Of a DNA stretch of 64,000 nt, positions 36,982 through 47,800 are shown in pieces. Made by a program: the position numbers and the translations under genes. This DNA comes from Candidatus Hydrogenedentota bacterium (GTDB lineage Bacteria; Hydrogenedentota; Hydrogenedentia; Hydrogenedentales; SLHB01): NCBI GenBank assembly GCA_045863295.1, contig BTWA01000003.1, positions 1 through 64,000 of the forward strand, given 5' to 3'. The stretch's first letter is position 1; the number at the start of each line of letters is the position of its first letter. Below the pieces are notes generated by a model. It searched no databases. It was not told the DNA's origin and saw only the letters and a program-made list of their open reading frames with translations.

Positions 36982-39501
36982 ATGTCCGGCGGTAGCTACG
37001 ATCATGCAGCCATCGAAATCAAATGGCAGCAGTTTTGGTTGAAAAACAAGACATTCAAGTCCACGCTGGACAAGTCAAAGCCCAAATATTACGTCCTCGA
37101 CATGTTCCCGTATCCCAGCGGCGACGGCCTGCATGTGGGACATCCCGAGGGCTATACCGCCACCGACATACTCGCACGATACAAGCGAATGAACGGATTC
37201 AACGTGTTGCACCCCATGGGGTGGGATGCATTTGGCCTCCCCGCCGAGCGCCATGCCATGCGCACCGGCGAACACCCATCCATCCTCACGAAACGCAATT
37301 GCGACACGTTTCGCACCCAGATTCAGCGGCTTGGCCTGTCTTACGATTGGGATCGTGAAATCAACACGACAGACCCCGATTACTACAAATGGACCCAATG
37401 GATATTCTCCATCTTGTTCGAACGCGGTATGGCCTATCAAACCGAGGCCCCCGTGAACTGGTGCCCCGCCCTCTGTACTGTTTTGGCCAATGAAGAAGTG
37501 AAAGACGGCAAATACGTGGAGACCGGCGATCCCGTCGAACGGCGCATGATGAAGCAATGGATGCTGCGCATCACCGCGTATGCCGAACAGTTAATCAACG
37601 ATTTGGATACGGTCGATTGGCCGGAGAGCATCAAAACGATGCAGCGTGAATGGATAGGACGGAGCGAGGGTGCGGATGTCGTCTTCAAAGTGAGAAACAC
37701 CAACCTCGAGTTTACCGTTTTCACCACACGGCCAGACACGCTCTTCGGCGCAACGTATTGCGTACTTGCGCCGGAACATCCACTGACAAAACAAATTGCC
37801 ACAGCCGATCAACGCGCGGCAGTGGAAGCCTATATCGAAGCCGCCTCCAAGCGCAGCGCCCAGGATCGCATGAAGGACGAAAGGGAAAAGACAGGCGTCT
37901 TCACGGGTGCTTACGCCATCAACCCGGTAAATGGCAACGCCGTGCCTATCTGGACCGCCGATTATGTCCTCGCGGAATACGGCTACGGCGCCATCATGGC
38001 TGTACCCGCCCACGACGAACGCGACTACGCCTTCGCCCGTAAGTTCGATCTCCCCATCATCGAAGTCATCCAGGGCGGCAACATCAATGAAGCCGCCTAC
38101 GCAGGCGACGGACTGCACGTGAACTCCGGTTTTATCGACGGCATGAACGTGCCGGATGCCAAGCGCAGAATGAACGCTTGGCTGGAAGAAAAGGGCCTTG
38201 GTAAGGGAACCGTGACCTACAAACTACGCGACTGGTTGTTCTCGCGTCAGCGCTACTGGGGCGAGCCGTTTCCGCTCGTTGCCTTGGAAGACGGTACGGT
38301 GCGTGCCATACCCATGAGCGATTTGCCCGTCATGTTGCCCGAATTGGATGCCTACAAGCCGACTGAAGACGGCCAGCCGCCGCTGGCCCGCGCGACAGAC
38401 TGGGTGAACACCTCCTTCGACGGCAAGCCAGCGCGCCGCGAAACAAATACAATGCCCCAATGGGCAGGCTCGTGCTGGTACTACCTGCGCTTCATTGACG
38501 CGCGAAACAATAACGAAGCGTGGTCAAAGGAAGCCGAGGACTATTGGATGCCCGTCGACCTCTACGTCGGCGGCGCGGAACACGCCGTATTGCACCTGCT
38601 CTACTCGCGCTTCTGGCATAAAGTTCTCTACGATGCCGGCCAGGTACATACGAAAGAGCCGTTTCAAAAACTGTTCAACCAAGGCATGATCTTGGCCAAT
38701 TCCTATCAAGACACCAAAGGCAAATACTACTATCCGCAGCAAGCGGAAAAACGTGGTGAACAGTGGTTTGTTCAAGGTTCGGACAACGCGCTCAACGTGC
38801 AAGTCGAAAAGATGAGCAAATCTCGCTACAACGTCGTCAATCCCGACACCGTTGTCAAAGACTACGGCGCGGATTCCCTGCGACTGTATGAAATGTTCAT
38901 GGGCCCGCTCGACCGAGACAAGGTCTGGTCCGACGAAGGCCTCCAGGGCATGTTTCGTTTTCTGCGACGGGTTTGGGCACTGTTCGTTTGTGATGACGGC
39001 AGCCTGGCGACCAAGATTGTCGAAAGCGGCGGCGACACGTCGCTAATCAAGGCCATTCACAAAACGATCAAATCCGTCACGCACGACATCGAAGCCATGT
39101 TGTTCAACACGGCTATTGCCCGCATGATGGAATTCCTGAACGCGGCCGCAAAGGCCGAGTCCATTGACAAGGCCGTGCTTGACGATTTCGTGCTGCTCCT
39201 GTCGCCTTTCACTCCGCACATCGCGGAAGAACTCTGGAACCGCCTCGGACACAGCGACACCCTGGCCTACCACGCCTGGCCCGCATACGACGAAAGCCTG
39301 CTGGTCGAAGACACCATCCAGGTGCCTGTCCAAGTCAACGGCAAACTGCGCGTGGTCCTCGAAATCGCAAAGGACGCCCCCAAGGAAGACATTCTCGCCA
39401 CCGCCAAGGCCGACCCCAAAGTCGCCAGCCAACTCGACGGCAAACAAATCGTGAAGGAAGTCTACGTGCCGGGAAAGCTGGTGAATCTGGTGGTGAAATA
39501 A
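36982..39501 (+). CDS. leuS: Leucine--tRNA ligase
   Basis: [16 protein letters not shown] (HIGH), [17 protein letters not shown] editing domain, [30 protein letters not shown]. Confidence 0.98.
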   Translation: MSGGSYDHAAIEIKWQQFWLKNKTFKSTLDKSKPKYYVLDMFPYPSGDGLHVGHPEGYTATDILARYKRMNGFNVLHPMGWDAFGLPAERHAMRTGEHPSILTKRNCDTFRTQIQRLGLSYDWDREINTTDPDYYKWTQWIFSILFERGMAYQTEAPVNWCPALCTVLANEEVKDGKYVETGDPVERRMMKQWMLRITAYAEQLINDLDTVDWPESIKTMQREWIGRSEGADVVFKVRNTNLEFTVFTTRPDTLFGATYCVLAPEHPLTKQIATADQRAAVEAYIEAASKRSAQDRMKDEREKTGVFTGAYAINPVNGNAVPIWTADYVLAEYGYGAIMAVPAHDERDYAFARKFDLPIIEVIQGGNINEAAYAGDGLHVNSGFIDGMNVPDAKRRMNAWLEEKGLGKGTVTYKLRDWLFSRQRYWGEPFPLVALEDGTVRAIPMSDLPVMLPELDAYKPTEDGQPPLARATDWVNTSFDGKPARRETNTMPQWAGSCWYYLRFIDARNNNEAWSKEAEDYWMPVDLYVGGAEHAVLHLLYSRFWHKVLYDAGQVHTKEPFQKLFNQGMILANSYQDTKGKYYYPQQAEKRGEQWFVQGSDNALNVQVEKMSKSRYNVVNPDTVVKDYGADSLRLYEMFMGPLDRDKVWSDEGLQGMFRFLRRVWALFVCDDGSLATKIVESGGDTSLIKAIHKTIKSVTHDIEAMLFNTAIARMMEFLNAAAKAESIDKAVLDDFVLLLSPFTPHIAEELWNRLGHSDTLAYHAWPAYDESLLVEDTIQVPVQVNGKLRVVLEIAKDAPKEDILATAKADPKVASQLDGKQIVKEVYVPGKLVNLVVK

Positions 39502-39599
39502 CTCTGCGGCCATCTCAGGGGCTTTACGGTTGGAACAAGGCAGATACCGCAAATTGTAGAAACGGCGCCATGCCACATAGCGCACTGGGGTATCGGTAT

Positions 39600-39629
39600 T
39601 TGCCTCCATCCTTCGAAAAATGATAAACT
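39600..39629 (+). promoter_or_regulatory. Putative sigma-70 promoter for sat
   Basis: TTGCCT-N18-TAAACT with extended TG. Confidence 0.45.
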
Positions 39630-39717
39630 TTCCGCTATTCCTTGTGTTTGACGCCTGCCTTTGCTACGGCAATTCCGGCGGAATCACCCTGTTTCCTTAC
39701 CCAACTGGAGGTGCAAC

Positions 39718-40875
39718 ATGTCCCTGACCCCACATGGCGGTGGAGAACTGGTAAATCGGTTTCTCACCGGCGCGGCCCTGGAAGCCGCAAAGGCGAAGGC
39801 CGCCCAACTCCCCCGTCTCAAAATTGATGCCTACGCGGCTTTCGATGTCGATGGCATCGCAAAAGGCATTTTCAGCCCCATCAAGGGCTTTATGAACGAG
39901 CAGGAAACGCGTTCCGTGCTCGACACGATGCACCTGCGCAAGGGAATTCCGTGGACGATTCCCATTCTGTTGTCCGCCACGGATGAACAGGCCGCCAAGT
40001 TTGAAATCGGCGGGCAGATTGCACTCGAAGACGACGAAAATGACCTCGTCGCTATTCTCAACCTCAGCGAAAAATTCAAGGTGGACCATCGCGAAATCGC
40101 GGAAAAAGTCTACCGCACCACCGATGAAGCACATCCCGGAGTAAAGTACACGTTGTCGCTAGGCGACACCTTTCTCGCGGGCGACCTCGATGTACTCAAA
40201 GACCGCAAAGTGGAGCATCAGGATCACAATCTCACGCCCGCGCAGACCCGCGCCGCGTTTGAACATCACGGCTGGAAGCGCATCGTCGCGTTCCAGACGC
40301 GCAACCCCGTGCACCGAGCCCACGAGTACTTAACCAAGTGCGCGCTGGAAGTCTGCGACGGCCTGCTCATTCACCCGCTCATGGGAACCACGAAGAGCGA
40401 TGACATTCCCGGCAACGTCCGCATGGAATGCTACGAAGCGCTCATCTCGAATTACTACCCCAAGAATCACACGATGCTCTCCATTATGCCGGTGAACATG
40501 CGCTACGCCGGACCCAAGGAAGCCGTGATGCACGCGATCTATCGCCGTAACTACGGCTGCACCCACTTCATCGTGGGCCGCGACCACGCCGGCGTCGGCA
40601 ACTACTACGGCACGTACGATGCCCACTACATCTTCCAGGAATTCGACCCCCAGGAAATCGGCATCGCCACGCTGTTCTTCGATCACACGTTTCACTGCAA
40701 GGCCTGCGGCAACATGGCCAGCATCAAGTCCTGCCCGCACGACAAGGAACACCACACCATCCTTAGCGGCACCAAAGTACGCGACATGCTCAAGGCCGGC
40801 GAAATCCCGCCTGTCGAGTTCACGCGCCCCGAAGTAGCCAAAATCCTTATCAAGTGGGCTCAATCGGCCGGTTGA
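39718..40875 (+). CDS. sat: Sulfate adenylyltransferase (homo-oligomeric ATP sulfurylase)
   Basis: PHGG, FSP..GFM, FQTRNPVHRAHE, MRYAGPKEA, RRNYGCTHFIVGRDHAG, SGTKVR, FTRPEV. Confidence 0.97.
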   Translation: MSLTPHGGGELVNRFLTGAALEAAKAKAAQLPRLKIDAYAAFDVDGIAKGIFSPIKGFMNEQETRSVLDTMHLRKGIPWTIPILLSATDEQAAKFEIGGQIALEDDENDLVAILNLSEKFKVDHREIAEKVYRTTDEAHPGVKYTLSLGDTFLAGDLDVLKDRKVEHQDHNLTPAQTRAAFEHHGWKRIVAFQTRNPVHRAHEYLTKCALEVCDGLLIHPLMGTTKSDDIPGNVRMECYEALISNYYPKNHTMLSIMPVNMRYAGPKEAVMHAIYRRNYGCTHFIVGRDHAGVGNYYGTYDAHYIFQEFDPQEIGIATLFFDHTFHCKACGNMASIKSCPHDKEHHTILSGTKVRDMLKAGEIPPVEFTRPEVAKILIKWAQSAG

Positions 40876-40887
40876 TTCCTGTTTTTC

Positions 40888-40923
40888 AAGAAGCGCCCCT
40901 GGAACACCCGGGGGCGCTTCTTT
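40888..40923 (+). terminator. Rho-independent terminator after sat
   Basis: AAGAAGCGCCCC / GGGGCGCTTCTT stem ending in TTT. Confidence 0.75.
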
Positions 40924-40945
40924 CCATCAGTCTCAACCCTTAACG

Positions 40946-40990
40946 AATCCCATGGGTCCTTTGAGTCCATTTGGTCCCTTGGGCCCCATG
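40946..40990. repeat. Five degenerate 9-bp tandem repeats
   Basis: AATCCCATG GGTCCTTTG AGTCCATTT GGTCCCTTG GGCCCCATG. Confidence 0.7.
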
Positions 40991-41071
40991 GAGAGGCCGG
41001 GGCGTCCAGCGTCCCCGCCCACACGCGCCCATTCCCTTGATCCCCCGCACGCTTCCTGCTATTCCATATCC

Positions 41072-42394
41072 ATGTCCAAACGACTCTTCATCATCGGCCT
41101 CGACTGCGCCGATCCGCAATTCATCTTCGGCTCCGCCGCATTCAAACTGCCGAACCTGAACCGCCTCATGACCTCCGGCGCGTACGGCCCCATCCGAAGC
41201 TGCGACCCACCAATTACCGTGCCCGCCTGGTCCGTGCTGTTTTCCGGCAAAGACCCCGGCGAATTGGGCTGCTACGGCTTCCGCAACCGCGTAGATCATT
41301 CTTACGCTCCCATGGTCAATGCCGACGCCTCTTGGATTCAAACCCCGCGCCTGTGGGATACGCTCTCTCGCCGCGGCCTCTCGTCCATCGTCGTCGGCGT
41401 GCCGCAGACGTACCCGCCGAAGCCCGTCAAAGGCTGGCTCGTCTCGGGCCCCGAAACACCGGACGACGACGCAGACTGCACCTATCCCAAAATCCTGAAA
41501 CAAGAACTGCTGTCATCGGTCGGTGAACTGCTTTTCGATGTCCACGACTTTAGAAACCTGCCACCGGATCGCCTGATTGCTGCATGCCACCGACTCATGC
41601 AGAATCGCTTTGCCGTCACCCGCCACCTCATGGACACCAAACCGTGGGACGCCTGCATCATGGTCGAAATGGGCCTCGACCGCATGCACCACGCCCTCTG
41701 GCAGTACTGCGTCTCCGATCATCCAAGATTTGAAGCGAATTCACCGTATTCATCGGCCTTCAAGGACTACTACACCGCCCTCGATACCGAAATCGGCTCC
41801 CTGCTCGATCGCGTTGCCCCGGACACCCGCGTGCTCACCATCTCCGATCACGGCGCGCAAGCCATGCGCGGAGGATTCAACATCAACCAATGGCTAATCA
41901 ACGAAGGGTTGCTGGTCCTGAAGGACTCTCCGCATCAGCCCACATCGCTGGACATGCGAAACGTCGATTGGTCCCACACCACAGCTTGGGCCGCCGGCGG
42001 CTATTACGCCCGCCTGTTCCTCAATATCGAAGGCCGCGAACCAGACGGCATCATCCTGCAAGATCAACGCGAAGCCACGCTTGATCGCATCGCCAATAGC
42101 CTCGGCGCGATCACAAAACCCGACGACTCCCCACTCCGCGTCACCGCACACAAACCCGAATCGCTCTACCGCGAAGTCAACGGCGTCGCCCCCGACTTCC
42201 TCGTCTACTTCGAAGACCTCGCCTACCGTGCCCTCGGCTCCATCGGCATATCCAATCTCTTCTCTACCGAAAACGACACCGGCCCCGACGGCGCCAACCA
42301 CGCCCCCGAAGGCATCGCCATCTTCCACAACATCGATCCGCCGCCGAAACCTTGGCGGCTGCAAGATATCTATCCGCTGCTAGCCAGTTTGTAG
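41072..42394 (+). CDS. Alkaline phosphatase superfamily protein (type I phosphodiesterase/nucleotide pyrophosphatase, COG3379-like)
   Basis: IIGLDCA, S.DPPITVPAW, GKDPGELG.YGF, DRMHH, SDHG, NDTGPDGANH. No signal peptide. Confidence 0.88.
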   Translation: MSKRLFIIGLDCADPQFIFGSAAFKLPNLNRLMTSGAYGPIRSCDPPITVPAWSVLFSGKDPGELGCYGFRNRVDHSYAPMVNADASWIQTPRLWDTLSRRGLSSIVVGVPQTYPPKPVKGWLVSGPETPDDDADCTYPKILKQELLSSVGELLFDVHDFRNLPPDRLIAACHRLMQNRFAVTRHLMDTKPWDACIMVEMGLDRMHHALWQYCVSDHPRFEANSPYSSAFKDYYTALDTEIGSLLDRVAPDTRVLTISDHGAQAMRGGFNINQWLINEGLLVLKDSPHQPTSLDMRNVDWSHTTAWAAGGYYARLFLNIEGREPDGIILQDQREATLDRIANSLGAITKPDDSPLRVTAHKPESLYREVNGVAPDFLVYFEDLAYRALGSIGISNLFSTENDTGPDGANHAPEGIAIFHNIDPPPKPWRLQDIYPLLASL

Positions 42395-42731
42395 AAACAC
42401 CTATATAGAGTGCTGCGATACTTCACAGCTTTCGATGACCAGTCAGCCATGTATATGGAAGCCGGTTTAGAAGAAAACGGAAGACAGATCCGAATAGGTT
42501 TGGCGCCTGTGAGTTACTCATGTACCGCTCCAAGTGTTGGACAGGAGTTTGCCCAACACTCGATTCAGCTTCCATATTGCAAGCGCAATCCCCATGCCTT
42601 GGTTCGGCCCAACCTCGGCCGCCCAGAAAGGCGGTGTGTAGAAGTCGCATCGGTTTTTCGATTCATAAGCATTTCATATTCGCAAGGTTTACTTTCTGAA
42701 CACGCCAAACACAGGCACAGTTGCTCCTCTT

Positions 42732-42787
42732 CTCTGCGCCTCTGCGCATCTGCGCGAGAAGAGGCTTCCCCGCGCCTCCGCGCGAGA
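42732..42787. repeat. Two clusters of 8-bp tandem repeats (CTCTGCGC-type), each ending in GAGA
   Basis: CTCTGCGC CTCTGCGC ATCTGCGC GAGA ... CCCCGCGC CTCCGCGC GAGA. Confidence 0.75.
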
Positions 42788-42844
42788 CATTCCATAACTC
42801 GCCTGCTTCCTGCTAGCATGGCGCCTTCACCAGGAGACGCTGCC

Positions 42845-44545
42845 ATGCCTCGCATCGTTTTGCTCATACTAAATGCCGTACTTCTCACCACCCTTGCCGC
42901 CCACGCCCAAGCCGATCGCTTTTACGGCGAACCCATCGAACTCAAAAGCAACTACATCTATTTCACCAGTTGGAAATATGTCCGCCAAGGCTCTTTCGCA
43001 TGGCGCGTCGAAGTTGCACCTGAAGCATCCGAAGCCGAGAAAAACGTCGGCGCGTGGCTCAAAGGCGACGGCAACAAACCGGCCCGCTTCGAAACCTTCG
43101 ACATGCCGCGCGGCGTCCGACTCGTCGCCCAAAAGGCGGAGAAACGTCCTTACCAACCCGGCCAACGCCCCGCGCACGCCTATTACAATGGAAAATACAT
43201 GTCATGGGACACCATGGCGCCCTGCCCCGATCCTGAACCGTTCAGTACCAAAGACCAAATCCTTCCCGGCTATAACGGCCACGTCACCTATGCGGAATCC
43301 CCTGACGGGATCACCTGGACCTTTCCTCCGGTTGGCATCTACGAGTACGCCGGCAACAAAGAAAACAGCATCGTCTTTCGAGGCGATCTTAACGGCTCCA
43401 CCCGCGGCTTCCACGGCGGCAGCGTGTTCGTAGATCCCTCGTCCGAGGCCGAACGCTTCAAAATGATCTACCTCGGCATCATCACGGATGACGAATGGAA
43501 CGCCTTCGCCGCAAAATATCCCGATGAAGTGGACACCATGGCGCGCCGCCGCGACGTTGGCGGCTTTCGTTGCGTAGTGGGCGTATTCGGCGCCGTATCG
43601 CCCGACGGCATCCACTGGGAATCGCTCCCCGAACCGCTCATGGTGCAACACGCAGACACATTGAACACCTGTTACTACGATGTGGACCGCGAGGAATATG
43701 TGGCCTACGTCCGCGGCTGGCAGGTGAACGAACGGGTGCCCAACCTCGATCAGTACGATCAGGACAATTGGATCGGCGTCGGCCGCCGCTCCATCGCGCG
43801 CGCCGTCAGCAAAGACTTCCGCCACTTCTCCAAACCGGAACTCGTCGTCACTACCGGCGCGGACATGCCACCCACACACCTCTACTACACAAACTGCAAA
43901 ACCACACTCCCCGGCATTCCCGACAACCACGTCATGTTCCCGTGGATCTGGGAATTGGAAAATGACGGCGGCTCCGTCTGGTTACTCACCAGCGCGGACG
44001 GCTACACCTGGTCGCACATCGCCAACGGAAACGTCGTCGAAGTCGGCATCCCCGGCCAGCCCGACGGCGGCCATGTCGCGTGTAGCGGAATGATGGTGGA
44101 ATACCCGGACAAGACATGGGGTATCAGCTTTGGAGGCAACCCCATCCCCCACAAATACCCCGGACGTGATTTCGATCAACGCAAAGGCCTTTTCCCTGGC
44201 GTGCAAGGCATAGGCGGCATCGCCACCTGGCCCAAGGGCCGTCTGGTGGCATTGCAGTGCGACGAAGAAGGCGAATTCGCCACAGTGGCGGTTATGCCCC
44301 GTGGCAATCGCATCCGCCTAAACGCCACCGTCAAACCTACCGGCTACATCAAAACCGAAATCGCTCAACTTGGCAAGAGCGCCATCGAAGGACGAACCTT
44401 TGCTCAATCCGACCGAATCATCGGCGACGGCCTCGAACTCCCTGTCACGTGGAACGGCGAGGACGACCTGAAGCACGAAAACCAGCCCGTCATACTCCGT
44501 TTCCAACTTAGACAGGCGAGCCTCTACGGAGTGGAGTTTTACTGA
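42845..44545 (+). CDS. Secreted beta-propeller glycoside hydrolase-like protein (GH32/GH130-like fold, unassigned)
   Basis: Start after GGAG, signal peptide. YAESPDGITW, VFVDP...RFKM, SPDGIHW, SKDFRHFS, SADGYTWS. C-terminal VILRFQL..ASLY domain. Confidence 0.7.
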   Translation: MPRIVLLILNAVLLTTLAAHAQADRFYGEPIELKSNYIYFTSWKYVRQGSFAWRVEVAPEASEAEKNVGAWLKGDGNKPARFETFDMPRGVRLVAQKAEKRPYQPGQRPAHAYYNGKYMSWDTMAPCPDPEPFSTKDQILPGYNGHVTYAESPDGITWTFPPVGIYEYAGNKENSIVFRGDLNGSTRGFHGGSVFVDPSSEAERFKMIYLGIITDDEWNAFAAKYPDEVDTMARRRDVGGFRCVVGVFGAVSPDGIHWESLPEPLMVQHADTLNTCYYDVDREEYVAYVRGWQVNERVPNLDQYDQDNWIGVGRRSIARAVSKDFRHFSKPELVVTTGADMPPTHLYYTNCKTTLPGIPDNHVMFPWIWELENDGGSVWLLTSADGYTWSHIANGNVVEVGIPGQPDGGHVACSGMMVEYPDKTWGISFGGNPIPHKYPGRDFDQRKGLFPGVQGIGGIATWPKGRLVALQCDEEGEFATVAVMPRGNRIRLNATVKPTGYIKTEIAQLGKSAIEGRTFAQSDRIIGDGLELPVTWNGEDDLKHENQPVILRFQLRQASLYGVEFY

Positions 44546-44594
44546 TACATGCACGCGATCCACTTAATAGTATCGGCGTTTACTAATACTTGAA

Positions 44595-44623
44595 TTGTGC
44601 AATTTCCTGCTATTTGATAATAT
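44595..44623 (+). promoter_or_regulatory. Putative sigma-70 promoter for the NHL-protease gene
   Basis: TTGTGC-N17-TAATAT with extended TG, in an AT-rich intergenic stretch. Confidence 0.45.
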
Positions 44624-44809
44624 TGCTTTACTGTTTTTTCTCGATTTGATATCTTCTAGCCTTACTTCTTGGCGCAGTACGGGTGATTTCCGGTCCCCCG
44701 GGGCATAATTGGGCCGGAGTTGCGAAAGTACCTTTCTGAACGCATGGGCGACAACCGCGGAACAAAGGTTGTTTCAAGTGGCACGCGGCAACGCCGCGTC
44801 TTGGCCGCA

Positions 44810-47800
44810 ATGCGCGTTACACTTCGATCTTTCGTCCGCGGACTCTCCTTGATTGCCGTCTTTGCAACGATTCCAATGTCCTCGAACGCGCAACTCAGTT
44901 ATCGATTCGAGCGACTTTGGCCGGCCCTGGCACAACCATGGTATTTTGAGCCCCATGGTATGGCTACTGATGTCAACAACAATGTGTTTATAGCTGACTT
45001 CCGAAATAACTGTGTAAAGAAGTTTACACGTGATGGCAGATTCTTACTAAGTTGGGGTGAGCTTGGCTCATCACCGGGCCAATTCAACAAGATCCAGTGT
45101 GTGGCCGTAGATCCAAGCGGAAACGTTTATGTTAGTGAGTCTGGCAATAATCGTATCCAAAAATTTGACTCGAATGGAAAACTGGTTCTCGAATGGATCT
45201 CCAGCGGTATAGAGTCATTTGATCACCCAATAGACTTGGCACTAGATTCAGTTGGAAATGTATACGTCGCGCATTCTTATAGTGGATATGTTCAAAAATT
45301 TGACGGCCAAGGGGAATTCAAAGGAACAATAGGGAGCGGCCAGATTGGCCACCCAAAAGGCATCGCTCTGGATAGGAATGGCAATTTGTATGTTACTGGT
45401 GAGAGAGTTAAGGTGTTCGATTCTCTGGGAGTACTTGTCAAACTATGGGGCAGTATAGGTACTGGCGATGGACAATTTAACGATCCTTCGGATGTTGCTT
45501 TGGATTCCGACAGTAATGTATACATTCTTGACCGTAATAATTTTCGGGTACAAAAATTTGACTCGAATGGTGGATTCCTTTCGAAGTGGGGAAGCTATGG
45601 AGACAATATTGCTCAGTTTACCAATCCGCGCTGCATTACAGTAGATCGTGATGGTTTTGTTTATGTTGCAGATGGAGATCTAGGCCCAATTCAAAAGTTC
45701 GATCGCGACGGCCAATTCCTAGCCAGTTGGGGCAGCCGCGGCAACCCTGGCGGTGGATTCTACTCGCCCGAAGATGTAACCATTGACAAAGATAGAAACG
45801 TACTTGTACTTGATACGTATAATGCTCGTGTCCAAAAATTCGACCCCATGGGCAGATTCCTGTTTGCATGGGGAGAAAAAGGTAATGGCAATGGCCAGTT
45901 CAATCTGCCACGTGGAATAGAGGTAAATTCGCTCAATCATGTTTACATAGCGGACACATTTAACCATCGAATACAAAAATTTGATTCAAACGGCGTCTTC
46001 ATGTTGGCATTCGGATTCGAGGGTTCGGGGGATGCCAGCTTCTATTTTCCCGAGGATATCGCAATCGACAGCAGTGACAACATCTATGTTGCAGATACTA
46101 GTAACTTCCGTGTTCAGAAATACAATTCAAATGGCACCTTTTTAGGCAAGTGGGGCAGCGAAGGCACTGGGGACGGTCAATTCATGACACCTCGTGGAAT
46201 TGCCGTGGACAATCAAGATCGAGTCTACGTTTGCGACGCATTTATTGGACGTATTCAGGTATTTGACGCTGCAGGAAATCTGTTGTCCAATTGGGGCTCC
46301 ATTGGTTCAGGACCTGGACAACTCTTTGCAGCTAGACACATTGCTATTGACGATAACAACCGCGTGTTTGTTGCGGACAACGGTAATAATCGTATCCAAG
46401 TTTTTGATCCAAACGGTCAGTTCCTTACGTCCTGGGGTGAAAAAGGAACCGGACCAAATCAGTTCAACTCGCCGTGGGGGGTTGCGATTGATTCTAATGG
46501 AGCCGCATATGTCACAGATGCCCAGAATAACCGGCTGCAAAAATTCAAACCTGTTCTGTCCAACCAAGTTGCAAAGGCCATAATTGCAGCTGGCGGCGGA
46601 CCCTTCTTGGGAAACAATCTATGGGAGGCGACTCAATCATCGGCAAACTATGCCTATAGGTCGCTCGCTTACCAAGGCTTTACCAAAGAGTCGATTCACT
46701 ATCTGTCGTCTGATACCAGCTTGGACCTTGACGAAAACGGCGTTGCAGACGATGTGAGTGGCGACTGCACCCTTGTCAATCTCCAGCTCGCTTTAACCCA
46801 ATGGGCACCAGCACAACTGGGCGAATTGCCAACTGGTGATGTTGTCGTGTATCTCGTGGACCATGGCGCACCGGGAACGTTTCGAATGAATGGTACCGAA
46901 ATATTGGATGTGTCAAGTCTGGCCAATTGGCTGAATACACTTCAAGCAGGCATCCAGGGAAAACTGACTCTGATCTACGATGCCTGTGAGTCCGGTACAT
47001 TCGTTCCACAGTTGTCGTCGTCCACTTTCGCGGGCAAACGCATTGTGATCAGTAGTACATCGCCCGGTGAATTGGCCTATTTTGTTAACTCTGGTACAGT
47101 TTCTTTTTCAAACTACTTCTGGACACAAATTTTCAACGGCCTGTCCATTAGGGAGGCATTCGATATAGCCAAAGCCGCTTTAGGGGAGACGTTCGACTTC
47201 CAGACACCTCTACTCGACGACAACGCCGATGGCCAAGGAAACGGCACCGACGATGGCACGCTGGCATCTCTTTCGCACATTGGAAACGGCATTCAATTGT
47301 TCTGGGAGGGACCCGTAATTGGAAACGTCTCTCCAATTCAGAATCTGGACAATACCGCTACAGCGACGCTCACCGCAGACCCAGTAACAGATTTGGACGG
47401 TATTTCGCGCGTATGGGCAGTCATCCGTCCGCCCGGGTTTCAATCCACCAGTTCTTCCACACCTGTAACCAGCCTGCCCAGCGTCGATCTGTTGCCGGCA
47501 ACAGGCGATCGATGGCAGGCTGAATATAGTGGTTTCACAACAGCAGGCACATACACAATCTTCATTTATGCTAGGGACCGGATTGGCAACACATCCGCGC
47601 CGTCAAAAACCACAGTGAATGTTACAAACCCACTTTCACGTAAAGTGTTGATTCTGGCCGGCGGTAATACAGCATCGCCGCAATGGCCCGTGTTCGAAAA
47701 CCTTGGTCAAGTCGCATATACATCCTTAATTTCACAGGGTTATAATGCCGACGATATCTACTACCTCAGCCGAACTTTAACTCAAGGTGTCGACGGATTG

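Noticed and set aside
42410..42844. N-terminal extensions in the ORF track (also 361-477, 1683-1817, 35557-35751, 36798-36983, 53512-53736)
   Set aside because: Downstream starts have SD sequences and/or signal peptides or ATGA coupling, and the extensions overlap other genes or repeats.
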